DNA from: Gammaproteobacteria bacterium
Lineage (GTDB): Bacteria > Pseudomonadota > Gammaproteobacteria > UBA6429 > Thiohalophilaceae
DNA length: 64,000 bases
Assembly (NCBI GenBank): GCA_030594815.1
Contig: JAUVEN010000003.1
Coordinates: 2,936-66,935 of the forward strand
Reading direction: 5' to 3'
The translations under genes and the position numbers were made by a program. The notes below the pieces were generated by a model that ran no database searches, was not told the origin of the DNA, and saw only the letters and a list, made by a program, of their open reading frames with translations. Positions 28,338 to 38,164 of this stretch are shown in pieces. The stretch's first letter is position 1. Each line of letters opens with the position of its first letter.

Positions 28338-28802
28338 ATGTCGAATACTCGTCAGGACAAGTTAACTGAATTGCTTAGACCCGCGGTTGAGGGTTTAGGA
28401 TATGAGTTAGTCGGAATAGAACACTTGCCGATGGGAAAACATACCGTTTTAAGAATCTATATTGATTCTTCTAATGGTATTACAGTGAGTGATTGTTCGC
28501 AGGTAAGTCATCAGGTGAGCGGTGTACTTGAAGTTGAAGAGCCGATTAAAGGTCAGTTTACGTTAGAGGTTTCTTCCCCCGGTATTGATCGACCATTGTT
28601 CAATTTTGAACAGTTTAAGCAGTTCGTGGGCAGCAAAGTCAAAATTAAGCTATACCACGCTATTGAAGGTAAACGAAAAATAACTGGCCAGATTGAAAGC
28701 ATAGAAGGCGAAGATATCAACGTTAAAGACGCTGATTCGGATACAGTTTTTCAATTACACATCGATGATATTGATACAGCCAATATTATTAGTGATATTT
28801 AG
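28338..28802 (+). CDS. rimP: Ribosome maturation factor RimP
   Basis: It aligns with E. coli RimP from MS....KLTELL.P.VE.LG.ELVGIE.. through EVSSPG.DRPLF. I prefer the ATG at 28338 over the TTG at 28308. Confidence 0.9.
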   Translation: MSNTRQDKLTELLRPAVEGLGYELVGIEHLPMGKHTVLRIYIDSSNGITVSDCSQVSHQVSGVLEVEEPIKGQFTLEVSSPGIDRPLFNFEQFKQFVGSKVKIKLYHAIEGKRKITGQIESIEGEDINVKDADSDTVFQLHIDDIDTANIISDI

Positions 28803-28873
28803 AAAGTTTTTATATTTAGAATGATTAATCCGCGACACAAGAGAGTGTCGTTTTTGATAGAGGCATCAGGATA

Positions 28874-30370
28874 ATGAACAAAGAGATTTTAATGGTCGTT
28901 GACGCGGTATCCAATGAGAAAGGTGTGGATAAAGAAGTCATTTTTGAAGCGATTGAAATTGCATTAGCGACTGCAACAAAAAAACGTTACAACAATGACG
29001 TTGATATCCGTGTTGCGATAAATCATGAAGATGGTAGTTATGATACATTCCGTCGTTGGGAAGTCGTTGCTGATGACGCAATGGATATGCCTGAACGTCA
29101 AACAACATTAAGTGCCGCACAATACGAAGATGAAGAAATTCAAGAAGGCGAGTTTACGGAAGAACAAGTTGAGTCAATTGAATTTGGTCGTATTGCTGCG
29201 CAAACAGCAAAACAGGTTATTGTTCAAAAAGTAAGAGAAGCTGAACGTGCTATGGTTGCTGAAGCTTTTCAGGAACAAATCGGTCAACTTGTTATGGGCG
29301 TGGTTAAACGTGTTGAGCGTGGTAATGTTTTTCTTGACCTTGGCAATAATGCAGATGCGATTATACCAAGAGAAGATATGATTCCACGCGAATCAGTACG
29401 TCCAGGTGATCGTATTCGTGGTTTATTAAATGAAATTCGTACCGATGTTCGCGGTCCTCAATTATTTGTGAGCCGTACCGTTCCTGAATTTCTGGTTGAA
29501 CTCTTTAAAATTGAAGTACCTGAAGTAGGTGAAGAACTGATTGATATTATCGGTGCTTCACGTGATCCGGGTTCGCGTGCAAAAATCGCTGTTAAAAGTA
29601 ACGACCCACGAATCGATCCTGTTGGTGCATGTGTAGGTATGCGTGGCTCACGTGTGCAAGCGGTATCAAATGAATTATCTGGTGAACGTGTTGATATCGT
29701 TTTATGGGATGACAATGCAGCACAATTTGTTATCAATGCAATGTCTCCTGCAGAAGTTGAATCTATTGTTGTTGATGAAGATACTGAAAGCATGGATATC
29801 GCAGTAGCTGAAGATCAACTTTCACAGGCAATTGGTCGTGGTGGCCAAAATGTTAAACTTGCCAGTGAGCTGACAGGTTGGACATTAAACGTTATGTCAG
29901 AAACGCAGGCTGATGAAAAGAGTGAAGAAGAGGCCGCTAAATCACAAAAAGTCTTTATGGATTTATTAGACGTTGATGAAGAAGTTGCGGTTATCCTGGT
30001 TCAGGAAGGCTTTACTTCGATTGATGAAGTGGCTTATGTGCCAATGAGCGAATTCCAGCAAATTGAAGAATTTGATGATGACATGATCGAAGAGTTACGC
30101 GGTCGTGCTAAAGATGTTCTTTTAACACGCGCAATTAGCTCAGAAGAAGATTTAACGGCTGTTGAACCAGCAAAAGATTTATTAGAAATGGATGGTATGG
30201 ATTCTGACCTGGCTTATCACATGGCAGCCATTGGAATTATCACCATGGAAGATTTAGCAGAGCAGTCTATTGATGAACTCATGGTCATTGATGATATGGA
30301 CGAAGAGAAAGCGGGTGCGTTGATTATGACTGCACGTGCACCTTGGTTCGCAGAAGAAGATAACGGTTAA
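28874..30370 (+). CDS. nusA: Transcription termination/antitermination factor NusA
   Basis: 498 aa starting [31 protein letters not shown]. It has S1, KH and acidic AR repeats, and sits in the canonical position between rimP and infB. Confidence 0.95.
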   Translation: MNKEILMVVDAVSNEKGVDKEVIFEAIEIALATATKKRYNNDVDIRVAINHEDGSYDTFRRWEVVADDAMDMPERQTTLSAAQYEDEEIQEGEFTEEQVESIEFGRIAAQTAKQVIVQKVREAERAMVAEAFQEQIGQLVMGVVKRVERGNVFLDLGNNADAIIPREDMIPRESVRPGDRIRGLLNEIRTDVRGPQLFVSRTVPEFLVELFKIEVPEVGEELIDIIGASRDPGSRAKIAVKSNDPRIDPVGACVGMRGSRVQAVSNELSGERVDIVLWDDNAAQFVINAMSPAEVESIVVDEDTESMDIAVAEDQLSQAIGRGGQNVKLASELTGWTLNVMSETQADEKSEEEAAKSQKVFMDLLDVDEEVAVILVQEGFTSIDEVAYVPMSEFQQIEEFDDDMIEELRGRAKDVLLTRAISSEEDLTAVEPAKDLLEMDGMDSDLAYHMAAIGIITMEDLAEQSIDELMVIDDMDEEKAGALIMTARAPWFAEEDNG

Positions 30371-30410
30371 TTACAGTAACTAACAGGTTACTGAGGGTAG
30401 GAGTATAAGA

Positions 30411-32900
30411 ATGGCAGATGTTAGTGTTACACAATTTGCTGATGTGGTGGGCATTTCCGTTGATCGGTTGCTCGAACAGTTAAAAGAAGCAGGCGTAGAT
30501 GCGAGTAATGCAGGTGCGACCATAACTGATGAAGAAAAAATGACGTTGCTAAGCTTTTTAAAAGCCAAGCATGAGTCAACAGGTAAATCATCTGAACCAA
30601 AAAAGATTACCTTAAACCGTAAGTCGACCAGTGAACTTAAAGTTACTGGCACGCATGGTAAAGGTAAATCTGTCACTGTTGAGGTACGTAAAAAACGTAC
30701 TTACGTAAAACGCAGTGTTATTCAGGAAGAAGAAGAAGCGCGCATTGCTGAAGAGAAAGCTGCTCGTGAGAAAATTGATGCTGAAAAACAAGCGGTAGTT
30801 GATGAAGAACAGCGTCAGCTCGATGAAGTAAAAGCGAAACGTCAAGCAGTTATTGATGAAGAAGAGCGTGTAAAAGCAGCTGAAGCGGATGAAAAAGCGC
30901 GTATTGCAGCTGAAGAAAAAGCACGTAAAGAAACAGAAGAACAAGCAAAGAAACAAGCTGATGCGTCATCTACTGCTGATAAACGTGGTAAAGCTAAAAA
31001 ATCAGACAAGCAAGATACTCGCTATGGACGTAAAGAAATTCATTTAAAAGCGGGCAATACAAGTAACCGTAAGAAGAAAAAACCAAGACGTCGTGGTGGT
31101 GTAGTTGAAGCATCCGATGAGCATGGTTTCCAAAAACCAACGGCAGCTATTGTTCACGAAGTTGCAATCCCTGAGACGATTACCGTTGCAGAACTTGCTT
31201 TACGTATGAGCGTTAAATCTAATGAAGTGATTAAGGTACTGATGAATTTAGGTTCAATGGTTACCATTAACCAGGTTTTGGATCAGGAAACATCTGCTCT
31301 GGTTGTTGAAGAAATGGGTCACACTTATAAACTGATTAAAGACGATGCAATCGAAGAAACATTACAAGAATCGGTTGAACACCTTGATGAAGCATCTCGT
31401 GCACCAGTAGTCACCATTATGGGTCACGTCGATCATGGTAAAACATCATTACTGGATTACATTCGTAAAGCAAAAGTAGCATCAGGTGAAGCCGGTGGTA
31501 TCACGCAGCACATTGGTGCATATCATGTAGAAACTGAAAATGGTCATATTACTTTCCTGGATACACCGGGGCATGAAGCGTTTACTGCAATGCGTGCACG
31601 TGGTGCAGGCGTAACCGATATTGTTATTGTTGTTGTTGCCGCAGATGATGGTGTAATGCCACAAACCCGTGAAGCAATTAAACATGCTAAAGCAGGTGAC
31701 GTGCCCATCATTATCGCAATCAATAAGATTGATAAAGAAGGCGCAGATCCAGACCGTGTTAAAAATGAACTCTCTCAAGAAGGCGTTATTGCTGAAGACT
31801 GGGGTGGTGATACTATTTTTGTAAATGTATCTGCACACACTGGTGAAGGCGTTGATAGCTTACTCGAATCAGTATTGTTAACCTCAGAAGTGCTTGAACT
31901 TAAAGCAGTAAAAGATGCGCCAGCGAAAGGTGCGGTTATTGAATCACGTTTAGATAAAGGCCGTGGCCCAATTGCAACGGTACTCATTGAACAAGGTACC
32001 TTGAAGAAAGGCGATATTTTATTAGCTGGTCTTGAGTTTGGTCGTGTTCGTTCATTAATGAATGAACATGGTGAACTATTAACCGAAGCAGGTCCTTCAA
32101 TCCCCGTTCAAGTATTAGGTTTATCAGGTACACCGGGCGCAGGTGATGAAGCAACGGTAGTAGAAAATGAACGTAAAGCACGTGAAGTTGCAACACATCG
32201 TCAAGCTAAGAGTCGAGATGCTAAGTTAGCACGTCAACAAGCAGCAAAGCTTGAAAATATGTTTAACCAAATGGAAGAGGGTGATGTTAGTACCGTTAAT
32301 GTGGTATTAAAAACTGATGTTAAAGGTTCAGCCGAAGCCATTGTTGATTCATTGCATAAACTTTCAACAGATGAAGTTAAAGTGGCTATCGTTGCAAGTG
32401 GCGTAGGTGGTATTACTGAGTCTGATGCAAATCTTGCGATGGCATCTAATGCAATTCTTATAGGTTTTAATGTTCGTGCCGATGCGGTTGCGAAACGTTT
32501 AATTAATGAAGAAAGCATTAACCTCCATTATTACAGCGTTATCTACGATTTAATCGATGAAGTGAAAGCTGCCATGAGTGGTAAGCTAGCACCAGAATTC
32601 AAAGAAGAAATTGTTGGTCTTGCTGAAGTACGTGATGTGTTCAAATCACCAAAGATTGGTGCGATTGCCGGTTGTATGGTTACTGAAGGCACGGTTAAAC
32701 GTAGTAACCCGATTCGTGTATTACGTGATAATGTGGTTATCTACGAAGGTGAGCTTGAATCTTTACGTCGCTTTAAAGACGATGTTCAGGAAGTTAAGTC
32801 AGGTACGGAATGTGGTATCGGCGTTAAGAACTACAATGATGTTAAACCTGGTGATCAAATAGAAGTCTACGAAAGAGTAGAGGTTGCCCGCACACTGTAG
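30411..32900 (+). CDS. infB: Translation initiation factor IF-2
   Basis: 829 aa with a charged E/K/A-rich N-terminal region and a G-domain ([21 protein letters not shown]). The stop TAG lies inside a REP terminus. Confidence 0.95.
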   Translation: MADVSVTQFADVVGISVDRLLEQLKEAGVDASNAGATITDEEKMTLLSFLKAKHESTGKSSEPKKITLNRKSTSELKVTGTHGKGKSVTVEVRKKRTYVKRSVIQEEEEARIAEEKAAREKIDAEKQAVVDEEQRQLDEVKAKRQAVIDEEERVKAAEADEKARIAAEEKARKETEEQAKKQADASSTADKRGKAKKSDKQDTRYGRKEIHLKAGNTSNRKKKKPRRRGGVVEASDEHGFQKPTAAIVHEVAIPETITVAELALRMSVKSNEVIKVLMNLGSMVTINQVLDQETSALVVEEMGHTYKLIKDDAIEETLQESVEHLDEASRAPVVTIMGHVDHGKTSLLDYIRKAKVASGEAGGITQHIGAYHVETENGHITFLDTPGHEAFTAMRARGAGVTDIVIVVVAADDGVMPQTREAIKHAKAGDVPIIIAINKIDKEGADPDRVKNELSQEGVIAEDWGGDTIFVNVSAHTGEGVDSLLESVLLTSEVLELKAVKDAPAKGAVIESRLDKGRGPIATVLIEQGTLKKGDILLAGLEFGRVRSLMNEHGELLTEAGPSIPVQVLGLSGTPGAGDEATVVENERKAREVATHRQAKSRDAKLARQQAAKLENMFNQMEEGDVSTVNVVLKTDVKGSAEAIVDSLHKLSTDEVKVAIVASGVGGITESDANLAMASNAILIGFNVRADAVAKRLINEESINLHYYSVIYDLIDEVKAAMSGKLAPEFKEEIVGLAEVRDVFKSPKIGAIAGCMVTEGTVKRSNPIRVLRDNVVIYEGELESLRRFKDDVQEVKSGTECGIGVKNYNDVKPGDQIEVYERVEVARTL

Positions 32901-33000
32901 GTCAGAATTTATTCTTACGCGGTGCACATCATTATTGTGATGTTACTCGTTATTATGAATACACTGAGCACCGCGCACGTCAGACTGAAGCCTGACCTAC
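32897..33000. repeat. REPIN-like inverted REP doublet, GTAGGTC family (left arm degenerate)
   Basis: GTAGGTCAG..CGCGGTGC [loop] GCACCGCG..GTCAGactgaagCCTGACCTAC. It overlaps the infB stop codon. Confidence 0.7.
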
Positions 33001-33018
33001 AATAGATTTATTTTTCTT

Positions 33019-33120
33019 GTAGGTCGGGCTTCAGCCCGACGCGGTGTTAGTTATTATGAGGATGTAATTCGTTTTAACTGAAGCATTGAATACCGCATGT
33101 CGGCCTGAAGGCCGACCTAC
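33019..33120. repeat. REPIN-like inverted REP doublet, GTAGGTC family (both arms intact)
   Basis: The left arm is GTAGGTCGGGCTTCAGCCCGACGCGGT. The reverse complement of the right arm is GTAGGTCGGCCTTCAGGCCGACATGCGGT. Confidence 0.8.
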
Positions 33121-33165
33121 ATTACAACTATACAATCCATTCTATAAACAAAACGATTAATTACT

Positions 33166-33594
33166 ATGCCTAAAGATTTCAGTCGCACACGCCGAGTTGG
33201 TGAACAAATTCAACGTGAAATGGCGCAGCTTGTTCAACAGGAAATCAAAGATCCCCGTCTTGGTTTGGTGACTATTTCTGCGGTGAAGTTAAGTAAAGAC
33301 ATGTCGCACGCGAATATCTTTTTTACTACGTTAGATGAAGAACATCCCATCGAAGAAACGTTAAAAATTCTAGAAGGGGCGGCGGGTTTTTTACGTCATG
33401 AATTGGCTAAGCGAATGCAACTACGTATCGTTCCACATATTCATTTTAAATATGATGAGTCGATTTCCTATGGTAATGAATTATCTTCGTTAATTAATAA
33501 GGCAATGGGTATGGAAAACCCGGACAATAGAATGTCTGATATGGATGATGACGATACAACAACCAGTAGCGATAAATCAGGTTCTGACGAGTAA
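33166..33594 (+). CDS. rbfA: Ribosome-binding factor A
   Basis: 142 aa with F.R..RV..QIQRE.A.L...EIKDPR.G.VT.S.V..S.D...A.. It has an acidic, Ser-rich C-terminal tail. Confidence 0.93.
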   Translation: MPKDFSRTRRVGEQIQREMAQLVQQEIKDPRLGLVTISAVKLSKDMSHANIFFTTLDEEHPIEETLKILEGAAGFLRHELAKRMQLRIVPHIHFKYDESISYGNELSSLINKAMGMENPDNRMSDMDDDDTTTSSDKSGSDE

Positions 33595-33599
33595 CGTTA

Positions 33600-34538
33600 A
33601 TGGGACGTCGTCGTAAAGGCCGCAACATTAGCGGTATAGTATTACTCGATAAGCCACTCGGCATTACATCTAATCGAGCACTTCAAATAGTTAAGCGTTT
33701 ATTTAAAGCCGCGAAAGCGGGGCACACGGGTAGCCTTGATCCGCTTGCCACAGGTGTATTGCCGCTTTGTTTAGGTGAAGCAACCAAAGTGTCTGGTTTC
33801 TTGCTCGATGCTGATAAAAGTTATCTTGCGACATTAAAGTTAGGCATTAAAACATCATCCGCTGATGCGGAAGGTGAAATACTTGAAACGCGTCCAGTAG
33901 AAAATTACAGCAAAAAACAAATCAATGCCGCAATTGAACCTTTTTTAGGTGATATAGAACAAATCCCCCCCATGCATTCTGCTTTAAAAGTGGACGGCCA
34001 ACCGCTCTATAAATTAGCGCATCAAGGCATTACTATTGAACGAAAATCGCGTCCAGTACATATTTTTGACATTCAGGTTTTGCGTTACGAAGATGACGAA
34101 ATGGATATCGAAGTGCATTGTTCTAAAGGTACTTACATTCGAACTCTCGCTGAAGATATTGGTGAGAAATTCGGTTGTGGCGCGCATTTAAGTGCATTAC
34201 GACGAACTGAAAGTGGTCCCTTTAACCTGGATGAGTGCATCACTTTAGAAGAACTTGAGCAATTAGCGGAAAAGTCAGAAGAGCAGGGTTTTGATGAACT
34301 CGATAGTCTCTTAATGCCTGCTGAAGAGGCTTTGTACGATTGGGAAAGTGTCGATTTAACTGCAGATGCCGCTTTTTATATTTGTCGCGGTCAAGCTGTT
34401 CAAGTACCAAATGCACCCTCTGAAGGTCTCGTTCGCCTGTTTTCAGAAGAAAAAGGCTTCCTTGGAATTGGTGAAATTATGGATGATGGCCGAGTTAAGC
34501 CAAATAGATTGTTCGTATTCGAGGATAATGCCGAATAA
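33600..34538 (+). CDS. truB: tRNA pseudouridine-55 synthase TruB
   Basis: 312 aa with GILLLDKP.G.TSN, the catalytic GHTGSLDPLATG, and a PUA-like C-terminus. Confidence 0.93.
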   Translation: MGRRRKGRNISGIVLLDKPLGITSNRALQIVKRLFKAAKAGHTGSLDPLATGVLPLCLGEATKVSGFLLDADKSYLATLKLGIKTSSADAEGEILETRPVENYSKKQINAAIEPFLGDIEQIPPMHSALKVDGQPLYKLAHQGITIERKSRPVHIFDIQVLRYEDDEMDIEVHCSKGTYIRTLAEDIGEKFGCGAHLSALRRTESGPFNLDECITLEELEQLAEKSEEQGFDELDSLLMPAEEALYDWESVDLTADAAFYICRGQAVQVPNAPSEGLVRLFSEEKGFLGIGEIMDDGRVKPNRLFVFEDNAE

Positions 34539-34581
34539 TCAGTTTTTTCCTGTATTAATCAAAGTTTTACGCCTCCCTGAC

Positions 34582-34617
34582 TTGTAACCGACCCTATTGA
34601 ACAGTTAAAATGCGCGC
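34582..34617 (+). promoter_or_regulatory. Putative rpsO promoter (TTGTAA-18-TAAAAT) with GCGCGC discriminator
   Basis: Read directly from the sequence. An alternative, TTGAAC-17-TATTTT (34597..34625), cannot be excluded. Confidence 0.4.
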
Positions 34618-34656
34618 TCTATTTTCCAGCTAAAACTATGCACAGAGGAGCTTGTA

Positions 34657-34926
34657 ATGGCTATAAACGCAGAAATGACTGCTAAAATCGTATCTGACTA
34701 TAAACGTTCAGACACAGACACTGGATCACCTGAAGTACAGGTGGCCCTACTTTCAGCTAAAATTGATGATCTTTCAGGTCATTTCAAAAAGCACATTCAT
34801 GACCATCATTCACGTCAAGGTTTATTACGCATGGTTAGTCAGCGTCGTAAATTACTCGATTATCTTAAAAAGAAAGATGTTCAACGTTACCGTGACTTGA
34901 TTTCAGGTTTAGGTCTTCGTAAGTAA
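34657..34926 (+). CDS. rpsO: 30S ribosomal protein S15
   Basis: 89 aa with ..DTGS.EVQVALL...I..L..HFK.H..DHHSR.GLL..V..RR.LL.YL. Confidence 0.96.
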   Translation: MAINAEMTAKIVSDYKRSDTDTGSPEVQVALLSAKIDDLSGHFKKHIHDHHSRQGLLRMVSQRRKLLDYLKKKDVQRYRDLISGLGLRK

Positions 34927-34988
34927 GATTAAGCATAAAAAATTAGATTTCCCTGTCCAACCTTTTAAAAAAAATATAAGGAAGCTTC

Positions 34989-37082
34989 ATGGCTGTTGTA
35001 ACGAAAGAATTTAAATTTGGTGATCACACGGTACAGCTTGAGACAGGGGAAATCGCCCGCCAAGCAACAGGTGCGGTAAAAATTAGCATGGGCGACACAG
35101 TAGTATTAGTTACTGTTGTTGCTTCAAAGAAAGAAGTTGAAGGTCGTGACTTCTTTCCAATGACAGTGGACTACACTGAGAAAACATATGCAGCAGGTAA
35201 AATTCCTGGTGGTTTCCTCAAGCGTGAAGGTCGTCCGACTGACAACGAAACATTAACTGCACGTCTTATCGATCGTCCAGTTCGTCCATTATTCCCGGAA
35301 GGCTTCACTAACGAAGTACAAATCATATGTACTGTTATCTCGTTAGATCCAGATATCTCTCCAGACATCGTTTCATTACTTGGTACATCAGCGGCATTGT
35401 CTATTACAGGCACACCGTTCAATGGTCCAATTGGCGCAGCTCGTGTTGGTTATAAAGATGGTCAATATATCCTTAATCCATCAGCAACTGTTTGCAAAGA
35501 AGAATCAGATCTTGATTTGATTGTTGCCGGTACTGCTGATGCAGTATTAATGGTTGAATCTGAAGCAAAGTTACTTTCAGAAGACGTGATGTTAGGTGCA
35601 GTAATGTACGGTCACGAGCAATTCCAGGTTGCTGTTCAAGCAATCAAAGAATTCGCTGCTGAAGTAGGTACAGAATCCTGGGGTTGGACTGCTCCTGAAG
35701 AAAACGAAAAATTGACAGTGGATGTGGCCGGTATTTCTGAAGCTGATTTCAATGAAGCCTATACCATCAGTGACAAAATGGTACGTTACGCGCGTTTAAG
35801 CGAAATTCGTACAGTCGTTAAAGATAAATTAATTTCTGAAGATGAAGAAGGTCATTCAGCAGAAGAAGTGCGCGAAGCAATCGAAAAGCTCGAAAGTAAA
35901 GTTGTACGTACTAAGATTTTAGATGGTGAGCCACGTATTGATGGTCGTGATACTAAAACAGTTCGTAAAGTAACAGTTCGCGTTGGCGTTGTCCCTCGTG
36001 CACACGGTTCAGCTTTATTCACACGTGGTGAAACTCAAGCGTTAGTAGTAACAACGTTGGGTACAGAACGTGATTCACAAATCATTGACGCGTTAACCGG
36101 TTCATATCGCGAACCGTTTATGTTGCAATACAACTTCCCTCCATATTCAGTAGGTGAAACAGGCCGTGTTGGTACGCCTAAGCGCCGTGAGATTGGTCAT
36201 GGTCGTTTAGCAAAACGTGGCGTAATGGGTATCATGCCGGATATGGAAGAATTCCCATATAGCTTACGTGTTGTATCTGAAATCACAGAATCAAATGGTT
36301 CAAGTTCAATGGCTTCTGTTTGTGGTTCAAGTCTATCTATGATGGATGCGGGCGTACCAACAGCTGCACCAGTTGCGGGTATCGCAATGGGCTTAATCAA
36401 AGAAGGTAACAAGTTTGCCGTTCTTACTGATATCTTAGGTGATGAAGATCACTTAGGTGACATGGACTTTAAAGTAGCGGGTAACGATAAAGGTATCACT
36501 GCTTTACAAATGGATATCAAAATCGAAGGCATCACTAAAGAGATTATGGAAATCGCTTTAGGGCAAGCTAAAGAAGGTCGTTTAACAATTCTTGAATCAA
36601 TGAATGCTGTTCTTGATAAGCCTCGTGAAACAATGTCTGATTTTGCGCCACGTTTTGTGACTTTTAAAATCAATCCAAGCAAGATTCGTGATGTCATTGG
36701 CAAAGGTGGTGCGACGATTCGTGCCATATGTGAAGCCACTGGTGTAACGATTGATATTAATGACGAAGGCATGGTGAAGATTGCTTCAAGCGATGGCGCA
36801 GCAGCTGAAGAAGCGAAGCGTCAAGTTGAGCAGTTAACGGCTGATGTTGAAGTTGGCACAGTTTACGAAGGTAAAGTTGCTAAGTTAATGGACTTCGGTG
36901 CATTTGTAACAATTTTACCGGGTAAAGACGGCTTAGTTCACGTTTCACAAATCTGTGAAGAACGCGTTGAAAACGTTAGCGACAAGTTAACAGAAGGCGA
37001 AACTGTTAAAGTTAAAGTGCTTGAAATCGATAAGCAAGGCCGTATCCGTTTAAGTATGAAAGCGGTAACAGCTGAAGATTAA
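34989..37082 (+). CDS. pnp: Polyribonucleotide nucleotidyltransferase (PNPase)
   Basis: 697 aa with two RNase PH domains plus KH and S1 domains (..[11 protein letters not shown]..). It sits in the canonical position after rpsO. Confidence 0.96.
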   Translation: MAVVTKEFKFGDHTVQLETGEIARQATGAVKISMGDTVVLVTVVASKKEVEGRDFFPMTVDYTEKTYAAGKIPGGFLKREGRPTDNETLTARLIDRPVRPLFPEGFTNEVQIICTVISLDPDISPDIVSLLGTSAALSITGTPFNGPIGAARVGYKDGQYILNPSATVCKEESDLDLIVAGTADAVLMVESEAKLLSEDVMLGAVMYGHEQFQVAVQAIKEFAAEVGTESWGWTAPEENEKLTVDVAGISEADFNEAYTISDKMVRYARLSEIRTVVKDKLISEDEEGHSAEEVREAIEKLESKVVRTKILDGEPRIDGRDTKTVRKVTVRVGVVPRAHGSALFTRGETQALVVTTLGTERDSQIIDALTGSYREPFMLQYNFPPYSVGETGRVGTPKRREIGHGRLAKRGVMGIMPDMEEFPYSLRVVSEITESNGSSSMASVCGSSLSMMDAGVPTAAPVAGIAMGLIKEGNKFAVLTDILGDEDHLGDMDFKVAGNDKGITALQMDIKIEGITKEIMEIALGQAKEGRLTILESMNAVLDKPRETMSDFAPRFVTFKINPSKIRDVIGKGGATIRAICEATGVTIDINDEGMVKIASSDGAAAEEAKRQVEQLTADVEVGTVYEGKVAKLMDFGAFVTILPGKDGLVHVSQICEERVENVSDKLTEGETVKVKVLEIDKQGRIRLSMKAVTAED

Positions 37083-37106
37083 TATTTAGTAATAAATATT
37101 AGTTAT

Positions 37107-37136
37107 AAAAAAAGGAACCTTCGGGTTCCTTTTTTT
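37107..37136. terminator. Bidirectional rho-independent terminator shared by pnp and the convergent small ORF
   Basis: aaaaaaAGGAACCttcgGGTTCCTtttttt: a 7-bp stem and a TTCG loop, flanked by an A-run and a T-run. Confidence 0.85.
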
Positions 37137-37138
37137 GT

Positions 37139-37264
37139 TTATTCTTCAGATTTAGCTTGTTCAGCTTTATTCTCTTTTTCTTGCTTTAGCTTTTCTTCCT
37201 CAACTTTATCCTCTTCTTTCACTTTATTGACGTCTTCACCGCCACAACCGCCACAACAACTCAT
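37139..37264 (-). CDS. Small Cys-cluster, acidic protein (41 aa): MSCCGGCGGEDVNKVKEEDKVEEEKLKQEKENKAEQAKSEE
   Basis: Not in the ORF track because it is under 60 aa; I translated it by hand. GAGGA lies 7 nt upstream of the ATG, and the terminator hairpin begins 9 nt after the TAA. Confidence 0.55.
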   Translation of the reverse strand: MSCCGGCGGEDVNKVKEEDKVEEEKLKQEKENKAEQAKSEE

Positions 37265-37418
37265 AAGAAATCCTCGACATTTAAATTAAACGTAAATTAT
37301 AAAGAAGCTGTGATTAATAACATTGACCTAGATTAAGAAAATTTAAGACATATTTGGCATGAAAACTGCTTTTATCTTCATAGAAATGAATTATTTAAAT
37401 ATTTAATAGGCATTCATA

Positions 37419-37985
37419 ATGAAGATAGGAAGAACTCCGTTTTTAAGATTTGGATTGATTATTGTGTTTTTGGTGATGATACTCAATTTGAGTGGGTGCG
37501 CCGTTAAACCACGTCCGCCTTTTGAAATTAAATCGCCTGAAAATGGGATGATTTTTGGAAATGTTTTTATTCGTGGACATGAAGTTACTGAAATTGAGTT
37601 ACGTGAGTATGGCAAGTTGTATATACCACCCTTTATATCTCCTCCACGCGTTATGATTTTTAGAAATGGCAACTTTGTTGCTGAAAACTTACGACCGGCA
37701 AACTATTATATTTCACGCTTAAAGTCATATAAGCTCGAATATAATGTTGTTAAAAATACTCGAACTTCATATCAGTATGTTTTTAATGTCGAACCAGGTG
37801 AGGTGAAGTATGTTGGTGCTTTCGAGATAACCGATATTGAGCCCGGCATTTTCCAGAAGGGAAAATTCAATGTTCGTTCAGTCAGGCATCCATCAGAACG
37901 TAAAGTACTGAAGCATATGTATGATATAACCGAAGGTACGGGCTGGCAGGCACGAATACAGCGTAAGATTAAGTCGTTGCGGTGA
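37419..37985 (+). CDS. Hypothetical lipoprotein
   Basis: 188 aa with a signal peptide and lipobox LNLSGC. Confidence 0.6.
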   Translation: MKIGRTPFLRFGLIIVFLVMILNLSGCAVKPRPPFEIKSPENGMIFGNVFIRGHEVTEIELREYGKLYIPPFISPPRVMIFRNGNFVAENLRPANYYISRLKSYKLEYNVVKNTRTSYQYVFNVEPGEVKYVGAFEITDIEPGIFQKGKFNVRSVRHPSERKVLKHMYDITEGTGWQARIQRKIKSLR

Positions 37986-38005
37986 TATTTAGAGTATTTG
38001 GTTTT

Positions 38006-38151
38006 GTATTTATTCCCTCTCCCTCTGGGAGAGGGCTAGGGTGAGGGCATATTTAATTCACCCCTCCCTCGGCAACTGCTCCATGCGTTGCTCTACCTCC
38101 TGCGTCCTTGCAGTCGTAGCCCTTCCCCTTGAAAGGGGAGGGAATAAATAC
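38006..38151. repeat. MITE-like element with 14-bp perfect terminal inverted repeats (GTATTTATTCCCTC) and CCCTCTCCC/GGGAGAGGG hairpins
   Basis: The left end is GTATTTATTCCCTCTCCC, and the reverse complement of the right end is GTATTTATTCCCTCCCC. Internal motifs are CCCTCTCCCtctgGGAGAGGGCTAGGGTGAGGGC and CCCTTCCCCttgaaaGGGGAGGG. Confidence 0.75.
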
Positions 38152-38164
38152 GCAATGACAGGAG

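Noticed and set aside
30612-30956. A 114-aa Phe-rich ORF antisense to infB
   Set aside because: It is the mirror image of the GAA/AAA-rich (Glu/Lys) N-terminal region of IF-2. This is a typical antisense artefact of low-complexity coding DNA.
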